Source: Eledone cirrhosa
Lineage: Eukaryota
Length of the DNA stretch: 64,000 bases
Reading direction: 5' to 3'
NCBI GenBank assembly: GCA_964016885.1
Contig: OZ024741.1
Location: 348,626,001 to 348,690,000, forward strand
How positions within the stretch are numbered: position 1 is the first letter of the stretch; each line of letters begins with the position of its first letter. The notes beneath the pieces are model-generated. The model had not been told where the DNA came from, ran no database searches, and saw only the letters and a program-made list of their open reading frames with translations. Below are positions 1 to 13,724 of this stretch, in pieces. The position numbers and the translations under genes were made by a program.

Positions 1-690
1 ATTATTTGTTAAAACAGTCCAGATATGTAGCACTGATATCGGTATGGAATGAGGTATTTCCAAAAGATCTCTGCTCAATATGAAAAGAAGGTAAAAAGCA
101 TCTGTAGTGGATGAAGGCTGTAATTGAGAGAAACGATTGAGGAACCAAAGGATAGTTTATACATGTATTTGGGGATTTTAGAAGTAGGTGATATTTTACA
201 TGCAGAAATGAAATACAATGTTAGAGAGACTTGTTTTTAAAGAATAAAAATGATTTTAAATAAAACCTGAATGTAAAAGATATAGGCACTGCAAAGATTA
301 TCTGGGCACTTGCAGTGGTTAGATATCGTGTGTATGTTCTCAGGTGGACTGAAGTAGAAATAGAAAAGTTGGAAAATATACGAAAACGTTAATGTTCGTA
401 ACTTTACATCCTAAACAAATATAAACAGATTGTATATGAAGAAAAGGAATGGGAGTAGCCGGCTCATCAGTGGTAATTATTGGGATTAGGGAGAAGGAAT
501 GGAAGAAAGCTTGTAGAATATTTGGTAAAAAATGACGAAGTTATACCAGTTGTGATCGGAGCATTAAGGTCAATCCATTGTAAGTCCAAGAGTTCTTAAA
601 GTGGTTGGGAAAAACCATACGGGATTGGTGTCATTGAAAATTCGACTTTGCTAGACACTGCGCATAGTTAAGGAAAGTATTATCTTTTGT
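1..690 (+). mobile_element. Decayed 3' part of an R4/Dong-like non-LTR retrotransposon (RT C-terminus plus restriction-like endonuclease end)
   Basis: Broken-frame peptides STDIGME, YMYLGILEVGDILHAEMK, WALAVVRY, LHPK, RLYMKKRNGSSRLIS, then VIPVVIGAL and LLDTAH..RKVL, in the order typical of R4-clade ORF ends. Stops, frameshifts and an internal deletion are present. Confidence 0.7.
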
Positions 691-748
691 GACTTGACAG
701 ATAACTAACTATCCCACTGAATTATCTTTCTACGTTGAGTGACAATGA

Positions 749-937
749 AATAATTGTTTCTACTTTTGGCACAAGGCTAGCAATTACCCAGTGCATTACT
801 GGTACTTTATTTTATCGACCCCGTAAGGATGAAAGTCAAAGTTAACCTCGGCGGGATTTGAACTCAGAATGGCAAGGGCCGTAACTCTAAACGTCAAAGC
901 ATGGCGTCCGACCCTCTACGGATACTGCCAATCCACC
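749..937 (-). mobile_element. tRNA-derived SINE (short-tail subfamily)
   Basis: Minus strand has A-box-like TGGCAGTATCCG, B box GAGTTCAAATCC, core TTTCATCCTTACGGGGTCGATAAAATAAAGTACCAG and tail TGTGCCAAAAGTAGAAACAATTATT. Many homologous copies occur in the window. Confidence 0.9.
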
Positions 938-956
938 ATGTAATAATACTAATAAA

Positions 957-1161
957 AATAGTTTCTCATTTAGGCACAAAGACAAACATTTGGAGGGAGG
1001 ACAAATCGATTAAATAGACCCCACTGCATTACTGGTCGAATATTTTATTGACCTTGATGAAAGGCAAAGCTAAGCTCGGTAGGATTTGAACTAAGAACAT
1101 AAGGAGCCACAACTCTATGCTCCAAATTATGTTTTCTAGCGCTCAAACATACACTGCCAAT
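957..1161 (-). mobile_element. Diverged SINE copy (long-tail subfamily)
   Basis: Homologous to 749-937, with the extra ATCGAT-TAA/CCCTCC segment before the tail. Confidence 0.8.
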
Positions 1162-1446
1162 ATAATATTAAGCACTATTTATTAGTCAATAATTGGAATG
1201 TTGGGAATGATTTCAGTGGGTAAGATGTAATTACATTCAACCTAACACCAGAGACAATTTGAATTGTTTTTAATACTTCCCGGTTACCTTCACGCAATTT
1301 CAAGTGAAGTGAAATGGAAACAGTTTCAAATACATTCAACGATACTTACCTGATATTTACTTTATCGTCCCTATTCAGAATTAAAACCAAATTAAACACC
1401 AATGCCATTGGAATTCAGAATGCAAAGAGATTAATTAAATACAAAA

Positions 1447-1638
1447 AATTATTGTTTCTACTTCAGGCACAAGGCCAGCAATTACCCAGTGCATTACTGG
1501 TACTTTATTTTATTGACCCCGTAAGGATGAAAGGCAAAGTAAACCTCGGCGGGATTTGAACTCAGACCATAAATGGACGTAACTATGCAGGAAAGCATGG
1601 CGTCCGACTCTCTACCGATACTGCCAATCCACCGCCCT
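1447..1638 (-). mobile_element. tRNA-derived SINE, full length
   Basis: Starts AGGGCGGTGGATTGGCAGTATCGG on the minus strand, B box intact, flanked by TACAAAAAAT on both sides (probable TSD). Confidence 0.9.
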
Positions 1639-3159
1639 ACAAAAAATACAAAAAATAATATTGTTTGTTCAGGGAGGTATTCACCTGTTCTCCACATACA
1701 CTGATTCAACGTTAACCATGATGCTTCCTATAATTTGAAGCAGGAGAAAGTGCACAAGTAAGAGGAAGATTTAGCGTTGATTGAACTGTTTTACAATTGC
1801 ACTGACTGAACATATTCTATAAAGAAAAGCAAAATGGAAGCCGTGTATTATATCGGAAGAAGTTGAAATTATAACCTTAAGACACCAAGGTTAAATAAAA
1901 AAAGAAAATGCATATTGTAAAAAGCACTACTGCATTATACACTGTATTTATATTTATTAATTAATTACAAAAGTGAATGCTCATAGTGGCTATGTGCTAA
2001 TTGAATATTGAAAAATAAACAAAGCTTTATAACGGTCATGCTGACATTAACATAATTGTTCTGAGGCAGGGAGAGTTTCAGTCAATGTTTGTATGCTTTG
2101 TATAATCAGTCTATATTGATAGATATCAATCAATCAATCAAAATTACATATGATCGGGAGGCTGTAGATACGCAGTAAGGCTTGCAACCCCCCTTTATAT
2201 GTATCTATCCATCATCTATCAATCTCAAGCTGTTCAACACCGTTCTCCATATTCATTCATTGATGTTGCTCAACCAGCGAACTTCTTATCTTTTTATATC
2301 ACTGTTAGCATATGCTTTTTATGCCTCGTTGTTAGTGTGTCGTATTACTTGAATAAATCACACCATTTTCTGTCATTTAACAATTCACATTTTTAAGAAC
2401 TGACAGGATCATTAAAGTCTGAAAAACAGGTATTGCAGTATTCAGTTACGGTTCTTTACGTTCTAAGTTCAAATCCCTTAGAAGTTAATCTTTCCTTTGA
2501 GCATTGGATAATATGAAATACCAGACATAGACAAAAGACGATTTATTCTACTATGTTCTTATCTCAAATCAATGTCAGGTATCTTTTTAAAATACAATAA
2601 CTACGGCAACGTCGACGGTTTAATAACCACATTATAATCATCGACTAAACCATACGAATTGTGAGGAGAATCTGATATGTTTGCCTTGAAGATCATAGAT
2701 TCGATCCATCACACGTTTTCTTTTAAGCTAATCGGAAAAATAGAAAACGCACCGATCAAATACTCGGATTAACTTGGAAAGCATTAAATTTATTAAATAC
2801 TGATGTCCTTTATATATAGTGTGTCATTTAGTTATGCATTGTAGGCAAATTCAATTGCTTTCAAATTTGCCTTTTATCGATAGTTGAGTTTAGCCTAGTG
2901 CTAAGATCAATTTAATCAATCATAAAACTATTTCAATATATGTGACCATATACTTATATTAGAAACTGTCATGACCATTATTAAATCAATGAAGTAGACA
3001 ATAACCACTAACCCTACAAGATAGTAAATATATCACGACACATATCGACCAGCTAGAGTTAAGAACCTTGAGTACACTGTCGTTTGCGTTGTTATTTCTG
3101 TACACACACACACGTAGGTACATACTCACACACACACACATACACTCATCCAGACATTG

Positions 3160-3293
3160 CCTGGAACTAGCTGTTGAAATGGCAAGAGTTCAGCCGTTCG
3201 ATCCCGATCCTTGATAATATAACTATACTCTACTAACCCAAGTATGGAGTAGTCTGTTGAGTAATGATCTAATTTCAAACTGATTCCATCCTG

Positions 3294-3379
<86 letters not shown>

Positions 3380-3553
3380 CGAAGGAAATGTGGTAAGGAA
3401 CCAGGGGTACCATAACGCACCAAAGTACTCAATACTTAGAGTAGTAGAGTGGGTAATAGGAACGAGTAGGACCCCGACGGCTGAGCTCAAGCCGTTTCGA
3501 CGGCTAATTCTGGACTAGTCCTGAATTAGTCGTCGGCGTCCTACACGTTCCTA
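3160..3553. mobile_element. Two related PLE-terminal cassettes tail-to-tail around a (TA)n tract; the right one (3378-3553) ends in a fold-back hairpin and carries the 3' half of a hammerhead
   Basis: 3378-3553 is homologous to 6845-6958, 50748-50900 and 62754-62883. Its minus strand reads GAAACGGCT-TGAGCTC-AGCCGTC. 3160-3297 is a diverged copy on the other strand. Confidence 0.65.
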
Positions 3554-3695
3554 TATATATATATCATAAAACATGTCTATAGAATCACAAGATAAAATAT
3601 ATACCATTTCCTCTCCCAATTTAATTTATTAATTTTTCATTGAGCCAGAAAGTGACCTGTTGCAAAACACGTATATGTATATGTATATATATAAA

Positions 3696-3765
<70 letters not shown>

Positions 3766-4309
3766 AAGTTCAAAAATGTACCTGACGTTACCTATAAGCA
3801 TATTTGATTAGGGCTTGTAAATGCCACAGTAGACTGAGGAATGTTGTCAGAAACGCCAGAGGGTAATTGAACCTCATATTATTCGAAAGCCGGGCGAGAA
3901 TGTTAAAGCAATGCTTCAAAAGGCTTCTGTCGTTAATTAGCGTTTATTTTGATGTATTTAGTGTGAAGTTAGAAGTGTGATTGACATATATGTTTAATTT
4001 ACGAAGCATTGCATTCAACTATAGAGGTATTGATCGGATAAATAGGCCTGGAGACGGAAAATCGGAGCGGGTTGCCTACGCATATCTCCTGTATGAGGAG
4101 TGTACGAGTGATATATAATTCAATTCTTCTCAGGCTTCTCTGTCCAGTGTTTTTTTTCTCTGAGATAGCTACATGAATTATTCAATTATTAGTCATACTT
4201 ATCAATAAATGTTATCATACTCCAAATTGTGGCGACTATATGTTCAAATTTCAAATTTCCCAATTCATCGCAAAGATAAAAAAATGTTATCTGCATTTAT
4301 ATTATCTAT

Positions 4310-4550
4310 ATATATGTATGTGTGTGTGTTTGTGTGTGTGTGTGTGTATGCGTGTGTGTGTGTGTGTATGTGTGTGTATGTGTGTGTGTATGTGTGTGTG
4401 TATATGTGTGTGTGTATGCGTGTGTGTGTGTATGTGTGTGTATGTGTGTGTATGTGGGTGGGTGTGGGCGTGTGTGTGTATGCGTGCGTGTGTATGTGTG
4501 TATGTATGTATGTGTCAGCGTCTGTTTCTGTGGATGTATGTGTGTATGTA
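4310..4550. repeat. (TG)n-rich compound microsatellite
   Basis: Directly visible. It explains the VCVC/HTHT ORFs. Confidence 0.95.
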
Positions 4551-5024
4551 ACTTGTTTATTTAAAAGAAAAAATACTTGTTTATCAACGTGCAAATTTTT
4601 TCTTAGAAATGAAGTTCATAATTTTAATTTTATTATTTCCACACAAAGATTTTTGTCTACGAATATATATATATATTTTTTCCATTCGCTGTTGAAAAAA
4701 CAGAAGATTTACTTATATATCTTCAAGTTTTCTTTGAAATACATCGGATTAATTTCATTTTTCCTAATTATATATATATTTTTTTCATCCTTTAGTTCTT
4801 CAGATATTATATATTACTTTTATAAATCTTTTATTTGAATGATTATTTTGTAATTTTTCTCCCTAGGCAGGCTCTATAACTTTTCCTAAGATGTCGTCTT
4901 TATATTTTGCTATCATTTCATTTAATTGTTATCTTTTCATTTTAGTTTTACATTTATTGTTTTCTATATGAAATACTATTCTGTCTTCATTTGGATTGTA
5001 GCGTAAATTATATAACACAGGCAA

Positions 5025-5352
<328 letters not shown>

Positions 5353-5524
5353 TGAAGAAGATATTGAAGTTGCTATCTATTTTGGGTTATTTCTGTTATT
5401 TAACTTTCAAATATACAATTATTTTTATCACGTTTACTTACGACCCTCATCGAGATATATGATGTACTGTCTTAAATGTAGAGTGGGGAACACATCACCG
5501 ATGCCACTACTTTCAAAACTATAT

Positions 5525-6600
5525 TTAACCCCTTTCTAGAAGTATCATTGGTAATCACGGTATCGCTAAATCATCAACACTGTCTTCACAGTAACACAAC
5601 CATAACGCCCTTAATGTACGTTAAAATTCTCAAATGCCGAGATATCATTTATCTGTTTCTTGAGAACCCTTTATTCTTCGGATATTATCCATTAATCCCT
5701 TACATCTGATTTCTTTTACATGTTTCACTGTCTTACTCCATCAGTATCGCTACAGTTTGTTTGAAGAAAATCTCCAAATGTGGCTAGCTGTTATTCAAGA
5801 GTGCTTTTCCCTATGACCACATTAAATTTATGGGCTATTTTCCGGCGAATATCTCCTATTAAGCTTGCAGCGTCAAGTATCAGCAGCCTGTATAAATTCA
5901 TCGTCTGAATCTACAATGTGGATATCCTTGGAATTGTGGTTTAACACTTGGTCTTGCTTTCCCGACGACTTATTCGCATGGAATGATCATAGGCTGAACG
6001 AAATACTCTCAATGAGAGACCAAAAATAATAACTAGAATGAAGCAATGTAGTTATTAATAAGAAGAGTTGAAATTAATGCATGAAAGATTTCACAGCTAT
6101 AGCATCACTCTTTCATAATCAGCCAATGATCTTTTCTGCCGACCCTCGTATATGCTGGAGTAGTCCTCATACAGCTTTTCTTCATACTGTAGATCTTCGT
6201 GCCACGGACAAACAAACGGGAATTCCATTTGTCTACTCCCTACCGGATATGTGCTCGAAATCGTTATGTTTGGACCAAGGGATTCATCGTTTACTCCCAC
6301 TTTCGGTGAATACCGGAAGCATCTTTCATTACTGGAACTTATAGCATTCCATAAAAGGCACTGAGTGGAACTAGACCTCATATCTTTTGGATCACGTCGT
6401 TCCCTGTGACACCCGGTCTTTCCGGCTTGTTCCTAAAACTCGGTGGTCTAGTGAAGTGTCAGTAGTAAGAAACACTAGGAAGAGCTGGACAGCAGAATGT
6501 CTTCAGAGAAGAACTCATCCTTATGCAAGTTTTTCTTATTTTTTATTTCTTATCGACTAAGGGCCGTATTCAGGTCATGTTACCTCTGTGTTTTCTGTTG
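5525..6600 (-). mobile_element. Heavily decayed piggyBac-like DNA transposon
   Basis: Left end TTAA-CCCCTT (5525-5534) is a piggyBac-type terminus. Minus-strand peptides LLWN..N.RCFRYSPKVGVNDESL.P, RFRAHIR..DK.GI and IYEGR follow the order of the piggyBac first catalytic-Asp region (W..F....Y.P....DE.L.P...F..Y...KP.KYGI...Y.GK). Confidence 0.5.
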
Positions 6601-6704
6601 ACACTTCTTAACCATTAGAATATCGAAGACTTGCGTATTTATACCGTATAGAAATTCTGTTCCTTCTCGAAAAGATCCATACTCACACACACAGACACAC
6701 ACAC

Positions 6705-6958
<254 letters not shown>

Positions 6959-9900
6959 TATATATATATATATATACATATATACTATATATATATATAT
7001 ATATACATACATATGCGTGTTTGTAATCACTAATGACAATGCCTGTTATACCACTCTAGAAATTTGCATCGACGAATATAGGCCGGAATTTCTGTAAGAA
7101 CCAGACTGGAAATCATAAGACCTGTGTCGATGAATGAAAGGCGTTGCCGCTGCATGGCCACTGTCTGATGTTTGAAACCAAAAAAATGGAGTGAAAATCT
7201 GTGTGACTTTCCATTTGAGTTTGCGCGTGTGTTAGCTCGCGTGGTATGTTTGTGTACATTTCTGATGTGTACGAATCATTGAGCTTTTGATATTGATGTG
7301 TACAGTGAAAGCTATTATTTTTATGCAAGATACAATCAAAATTATTTGCCAATAGCGTAAGATTCTTGTGAATAGAACTGATCTGCAACATTTTTCTGTT
7401 GGTTTCATATTCACAGCATAAAGAACATCATTAGTAGCTAGGCTGTCTCTCAACAACACTGATTTAGTATATGGAAGCATAGTGTTATGCGAAAACACCC
7501 ACTGTTAAAAGTCAGTTGACAGCAACTTCAGAACCACATTTATTGATGCACAATCGAAAATTCTGAGTAATCAAATCATACTCAAATCATAACTATATAT
7601 ATTCAGGCTGGCTGCAGTATAGGAAATGCAACATAAAAATCACAAGTTCGCAAAGTATTATCTTACGGTGATAAGGTGAGGCGAGCTGCACTCAGCTTAT
7701 ATTAGCCAGAACTCTATTCAGTATAATAATATTTCAGATTATTTTATCCTGCAGCATATTACACATAAGCTATGAAGAAGCAATTCCCATGTCATTTTGC
7801 TCTATTATAATGTTAATTGAATATAGCATATATTTCATGTAATGCTTGTCCCATATAGATCCGATTTCCTTGATGTGGTTTTGTAGGATGTCTATTGTCA
7901 AGTTTGGCTGCTCAAGAGATCCTCTAAAGTTTCCTAGTTATAGGAAAATAATGTAATTGTACAATCAAATGCTGACAAACATTACTTCATTTTTTGAAGA
8001 AAATTTGGGTATTTCTCCAAGTTGTAACTAGATCTCATTCGAGACTGATCAATTAAAATATATGGTTGCAATTGTGTGAATAATGTTGCTATTGTTACAA
8101 CACATCTTCCATTTCACAAGCTCAGCCGTACTTTGGATTAGACTTAATTCTAAGTGTCATTAATTGTTTATGCTAGGCATTAATTTTTTAACACTCCACT
8201 GCAAGTTGTATTAATGTCGACCAAATCGTCGGGAAACAGGTTACTCATTTGATAGATGCTGTTTTCGTTTTATGGAGACACTACTGTTATATATAATGCG
8301 TTGAGGATTGTTAATGCGATTGATAATCTAATTTGTACATTATATATATGTTGTCTGATATATTTTATATTGATATTGATAATGTAGAGTGAGATATGAA
8401 AAATTTGGCTTCTATTTGCAGCAAGAAAAACGACCAGGTGGAAGCACAGTCGTTGTACACCAGAACAATTCTACATAAATTGTCCTTAGTGTAAAAATAT
8501 AATTAAAACTATTGTTAGGCAGTGACGTAGGAATTAGATGATGCGATACTTTTTGCATGTTAAAAACCAATCCCCCTTTCTCTCCGCCTCACTTCCTCTC
8601 TGAATCTCTCTTTTTGATACTTTCTATTTCATTCTTTCAAAGAGGTTGCTGGTGTAACAGGTGGTGAAATATATTGGTTCTGTTTCATTACGCCATAATA
8701 TTAGATGGCTTAATACGTCGTGTGATACGTCGTGAAAATTAGTAGGGAATATTGGCAGTCTTAATTATTAATGGGATTTCAATTATTATTTCAACAATCA
8801 TATCAAACGTCAAATGCCAATTATTATTATTATTTGTTACCACTACATGTATAACAGAGAGAATCTGATAAATAAATTAAAAAGGACTGAGAAAAACATT
8901 TTCAAAATGACGCAATTGCTTCCATAGGTATCTTGTTGGGAAACCAAGTGAATCTGTCTTGAATACACTTACTTATCAATATTTCAATAAATTGAACTTG
9001 TATTATGGGGTTGCTACTTAATCAAGAGTGGAAAGAATTTATTTCATTACGGGTATACATCAATTCTGTGATTACTGTGTGAAATAAAAGCGGATCTTGA
9101 TATATTTAGAACAGAAGCCTGATGGGAATGTTTGTTGATGTCCTCTATATATCAATATGACAAACTAAATGGTTTATTTCACAATGAATTCAAAAGATTT
9201 CAGTCAATGAAGTAAGAAATATCTTAGAGAAACCTGATATTTTATGTTGTATATCATGTTTACGAATTCATTAGAAAAAAGGTAGTTGCTTTTTATTATT
9301 TTATACAGATTGGTGTACCATTCTTATTCTCTGCAGCCTAGTAAAGTAATGGTGGAAATTTAGCTGAGTTGTCAGCTTTCCAAAGATATATACAATATAT
9401 TGCCTACTTGGAATTTTGATTTTACATGACGTCAAGGAGAAGCTTCTACATCATAGATTGATCTGCTAAAAATATCAGACACATTCTCACTGAAATAAGT
9501 CTTAATAATTTTTGTAAGGACAGGCCATTGGATGCGACACATTTTGTGGAGAAACAGAAGTGTTTGTTTTTATTTCCAAACATTATGTTTATAATCATTT
9601 GTTGCAGTTGTCTACCCTTGGTTGAATCTAATTAATGAGACGTATAATGGAATGTATCTTAGAGGTAAAAGTCTGCTTTGTACGATAATCGAAGACTAAT
9701 GTACTTTATTAATTACATTCAGCTTATGTTGACCACCAGGAGAGCATTTATGCATCCGCTCGATTTGTGAGAATTCACTGCTAGATCATCCTCAAATAAT
9801 AATCTTGCGTTTTACAAAAGGTTAAAAAAAATATTTGAATATATCATTTTAGGTAAACATTATCTAAAGTATAACGAAAAAACTTCCCATGCTGGGCACG

Positions 9901-10224
9901 ACAGGAATACATTCTCTTTCTGTTTGTGTAACCAGAGCAGATCTGGGTCTAAAAAACATCAGAAATATAGAAATAACAAAAATGATCAGTATGACTTTGA
10001 TATTAATAATTTTATTTTATCCCATTAATATTCTAGAATATTCTAACATACAAACCATTATAGTGTGCCACATCTATGTATATATGAATTCAGATTACAC
10101 CTGGTTGAGTCGTAGTGTCATACAGTCTTTCTTGGTTATTCGCTCTAAAATCTGGTGGGGCTTATTTCATCTCAAGGAGTGAATGTAGCCGATTTCTTCC
10201 AGAAATATAGAGTGTGATGGCGGG

Positions 10225-10398
10225 AGGTGAGAAAAAATATAGAGGCAGAAGCGACCCCAATATTGAACAGGTACGTTTTTCCCCGACTTCGAATGGATGA
10301 AAGGTAAAGTTGACCTCGTCGGGGTTTGAAGTGTAGAGAACCGAAACTAATACTACAAATCATCCGATCCGCCTTTCTGGCGAGTCTGCCAATCCACC
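10225..10398 (-). mobile_element. Diverged SINE copy
   Basis: GGATGAAAGGTAAAGTTGACCTCGTCGGGGTTTGAA ... CTGCCAATCCACC matches the SINE family. Confidence 0.75.
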
Positions 10399-10768
10399 TA
10401 ATACCATTTTACGGAGAAAACTGAAAATCACCAAGCATTGCAGGACAATGAATTTTTCTTTCACTATTCAAATTAGTAGCTAAATGTGAACTCGTTAGAT
10501 GATATATTGCTAGATATCACAAAAAAGTGATCTGAATGCCTTTCATTGTAGGCATGCTTGATAAGCATTCAGCTGGGACCACAGACCAACAACGAAAACA
10601 ATATCAACATCAAATAACATTTCAGTTAATGAGGGCCATATAAAATGAAACACAAAAACGATAATAGAATCATTAACCATGCCAAATCTAAACTGTGAGC
10701 ATGCACACATGTTTTGCAAACAGAGCACAAAACAAAATGTATGTGCGTACAGGAACAAAATGATCACG

Positions 10769-11582
10769 TTTTTTTGGTCTATACTGACTACTAAAGATTA
10801 GAGGAAACTTTCACTATAGAAAATATTTTACGACATTAAATGGCATCCTACGTCCTTCGTACACCATCAAAATGTTTGTTTAACCCAACCATTTTTTCCA
10901 GCCTTATTAAATGCACTTTAGCCACAAGAGTGCTGTCTGTTTCAGGCATACTATAACTCATATTTTATTCTACTATTTTTAAAGACGGGTATATTTTCAA
11001 GGGAGAGTACTTTGATTGTAATATGTAACAGCTCCAGCGAAGACGTAAAACATTCTCACTGATTTGCACATTAAATTAAATAACTCCCAGCCATGTACAA
11101 GAATCGATTATTTGACGCATAGACCAAAAAATAAAGTTTGTGCTTGCATATATTATGTAGTAAGTCAAGAATGTATAAAATAATTAAAATTATATTCTTA
11201 GTGAAGAGTACAATCATTGTTTAAGTGATTTAATATTGGTCATGTCAGGAAGAAAAGGCATATAACTTCGAGATTTTCATCAATTAGAAATCAGTGTTTC
11301 GGTTTTATTGGCTTTCATCGGTGGAGAATGGTTTAATCCGGGTTGGAAGATCTTAGGCTGACGACTGAGAGTTAGAATTCCGTACATGAACAATGAAAGG
11401 CTTATGAAAGAAAACTATTCGGAGAATATTGCACGAGCACACATCAAAGAGGGTCTATGTTAATTAATTATTTTTCTGCTTTTTTTGGTCTATACTGACT
11501 ACTAAAGATTAGAGGAAACTTTCACTATAGAAAATATTTTACGACATTAAATGGCATCCTACGTCCTTCGTACACCATCAAA
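10769..11582 (+). repeat. Identical 103-bp direct repeat (10769-10871 and 11480-11582)
   Basis: TTTTTTTGGTCTATACTGAC...CGTACACCATCAAA occurs twice, offset 711 bp, with no mismatch seen. Confidence 0.95.
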
Positions 11583-13674
11583 TATTACGCATCAAATGTC
11601 TTCCAATTTATGTTATATATTTCTGTTGTTTGTGTATATTCACCATTCCCATCTATATAAAAGGTATCTATGGTATCATTATAATTTCCTTCTTTTTAAG
11701 ACACTGATGCTAGGGATTTAATAGAAGTTTGGATAGCATTTCTAGCTTGAAAGCGCTTCATGTTTCATTTGTGTTCAGTAATGTATTTTAGCTGGCATAT
11801 TATGATATACTACACCGCACAATGAAATGGAGTATTGTTGTTGATGATGATGGCGATATCCTATTCAGCGACAAATTCATCCCCTCACCCCAACAGCGGT
11901 AGCATATATTGAGATAAGCATGTTCAAAAGTTTCCCAATTGAGGCTTGTCCGTCTTTGATTACATTCTTCAATGTACCCTCCCATTTTAAAGAATCTATT
12001 GTGTACTATTGCTTCTTGAACATAGATGGACCACATGGAACAGTTCTCACTGAGAGGAATTTAACTTATATATATCATATATAATCAACAGTAAACATCA
12101 ACGATATAGGAGCTAAACTATTGTTCAGTAATATGTAGAGATTTTATTTCCATTATAAGTGTGAACACGAGTTACATTGATGTGAAAGAGAATGTAACCA
12201 CTATGACCAGACTAGTATAAAAATCTACCTTGTAACGTCATCAGTGAAATTTAAAAGAATCAATATGTGAGTCTCTCTTTGGTCCCTCGACATTCTAATA
12301 TTAGCAGCCATATCGCCATCACTGCTTACCTTATAAACAAATACATTAAATAAATTGTTTCACATTCATCTGTACATAGGAGTGCAATAACAGAGTGGAT
12401 ATTGCTAGAAAACATATTATCATAGGCCTGCTTGATCAGAGACGTCCTGGGGCTAAGCAAAGTAAATTAATAGTCACATTTCTGAAGAAAAAATAACAAC
12501 AAAAAAGTAAATTCAATTTGTTGAGAATAAATGTACATTAATGTGCATATCAAGTACCCTAGCAATCATACAAATATTTAATCACTTACTCGGGCAGCAG
12601 TACGTTTCACTTATAGAATTACATTAAACAGAAATTATTCCCCTTCGTGCAAACAATGAATCAATCTTACAAAGCATCTCAAACCAATCGTCTGATTACT
12701 AGACTTAGCTCAACAAACCAGCGACAACTACCGAGTGTGCAGTAAATCAGTTAATTTAACAATGATTGAAGCTGTCTGTGGGTAAAATCGGTTGATATTC
12801 TTTCGCTTAATAAAACCATTTGCTAAAATTATTATTGGTCAACGTGCCAAGCCGCTGCCTGTTAATAATGTGTCAGACTATGGAGCAAAATATCAATGGT
12901 TCCTTTCCCCATAATACCTTTACTTTGCTTCTGTTGCTGGCTCTATTCACTGAGCTACATAAGGTATTATATATATTTTGATATTACTGTTGTTGTCGTG
13001 TAGTCCTCGTTTTATTTGTCGTTGTTAATATCGGTGGCGCTTTCACTAGTGTGTACAAGCGACTATATTCTTTGATCCATAAACAGATGATTTGAAACAT
13101 AATACGGGAAGAATATGCTGTAATGAATGCATTCGGCTAATAAATGTATTCAATAATATGTCTGTACGCTACTCAGTTGTAGAATCCCACATGTTTATGC
13201 ACGACTATTCTCTTATTCTCGCTTCGCATTTCCCAGAAATATTGAGGAAGGTGCACAAATTATCGTTTACTTACAATATATATGGTTTGTTTGTTCGCAT
13301 GAGATCAGCATTGAAAACGATTTATTATAAACAGTCTTTCTATCATATACATCATTTTGTTTCTTCTCTAAATTGGAAGCATTAACTGCATTTACATTGT
13401 ATGGCTACCACATACTAACAACGTATTACTTATATCAATACAATGAGTTTTCCAATTGTTAGTATCATTGAATTGATGGCTGATAAGATTTATTACTGTA
13501 TGCAACAAGAGCAATGCAAATATAGTTAGGAATAAATTAGTTCGAGTGGTTCCAGTCAACATATGTGTAAGAAAATGTTTGCCTTCTTAATCCAAATATT
13601 ATTTCCTTGACATCTGTTAAATAAGTTTACGAAACCAAGTGAAATAAGAAAGTAAATACTTCAATGCAGAACTG

Positions 13675-13724
13675 TGTCCTTGATGAGAAACAATTATATT
13701 CATAATTGTTTCTCATCAAGGACA
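13675..13724. repeat. Perfect 23-bp inverted repeat with a 4-nt loop
   Basis: TGTCCTTGATGAGAAACAATTAT-ATTC-ATAATTGTTTCTCATCAAGGACA. Confidence 0.95.

Noticed and set aside
749-937. tRNA genes
   Set aside because: The A/B boxes belong to SINE heads; there is no cloverleaf, and they are followed by the SINE core and tail.
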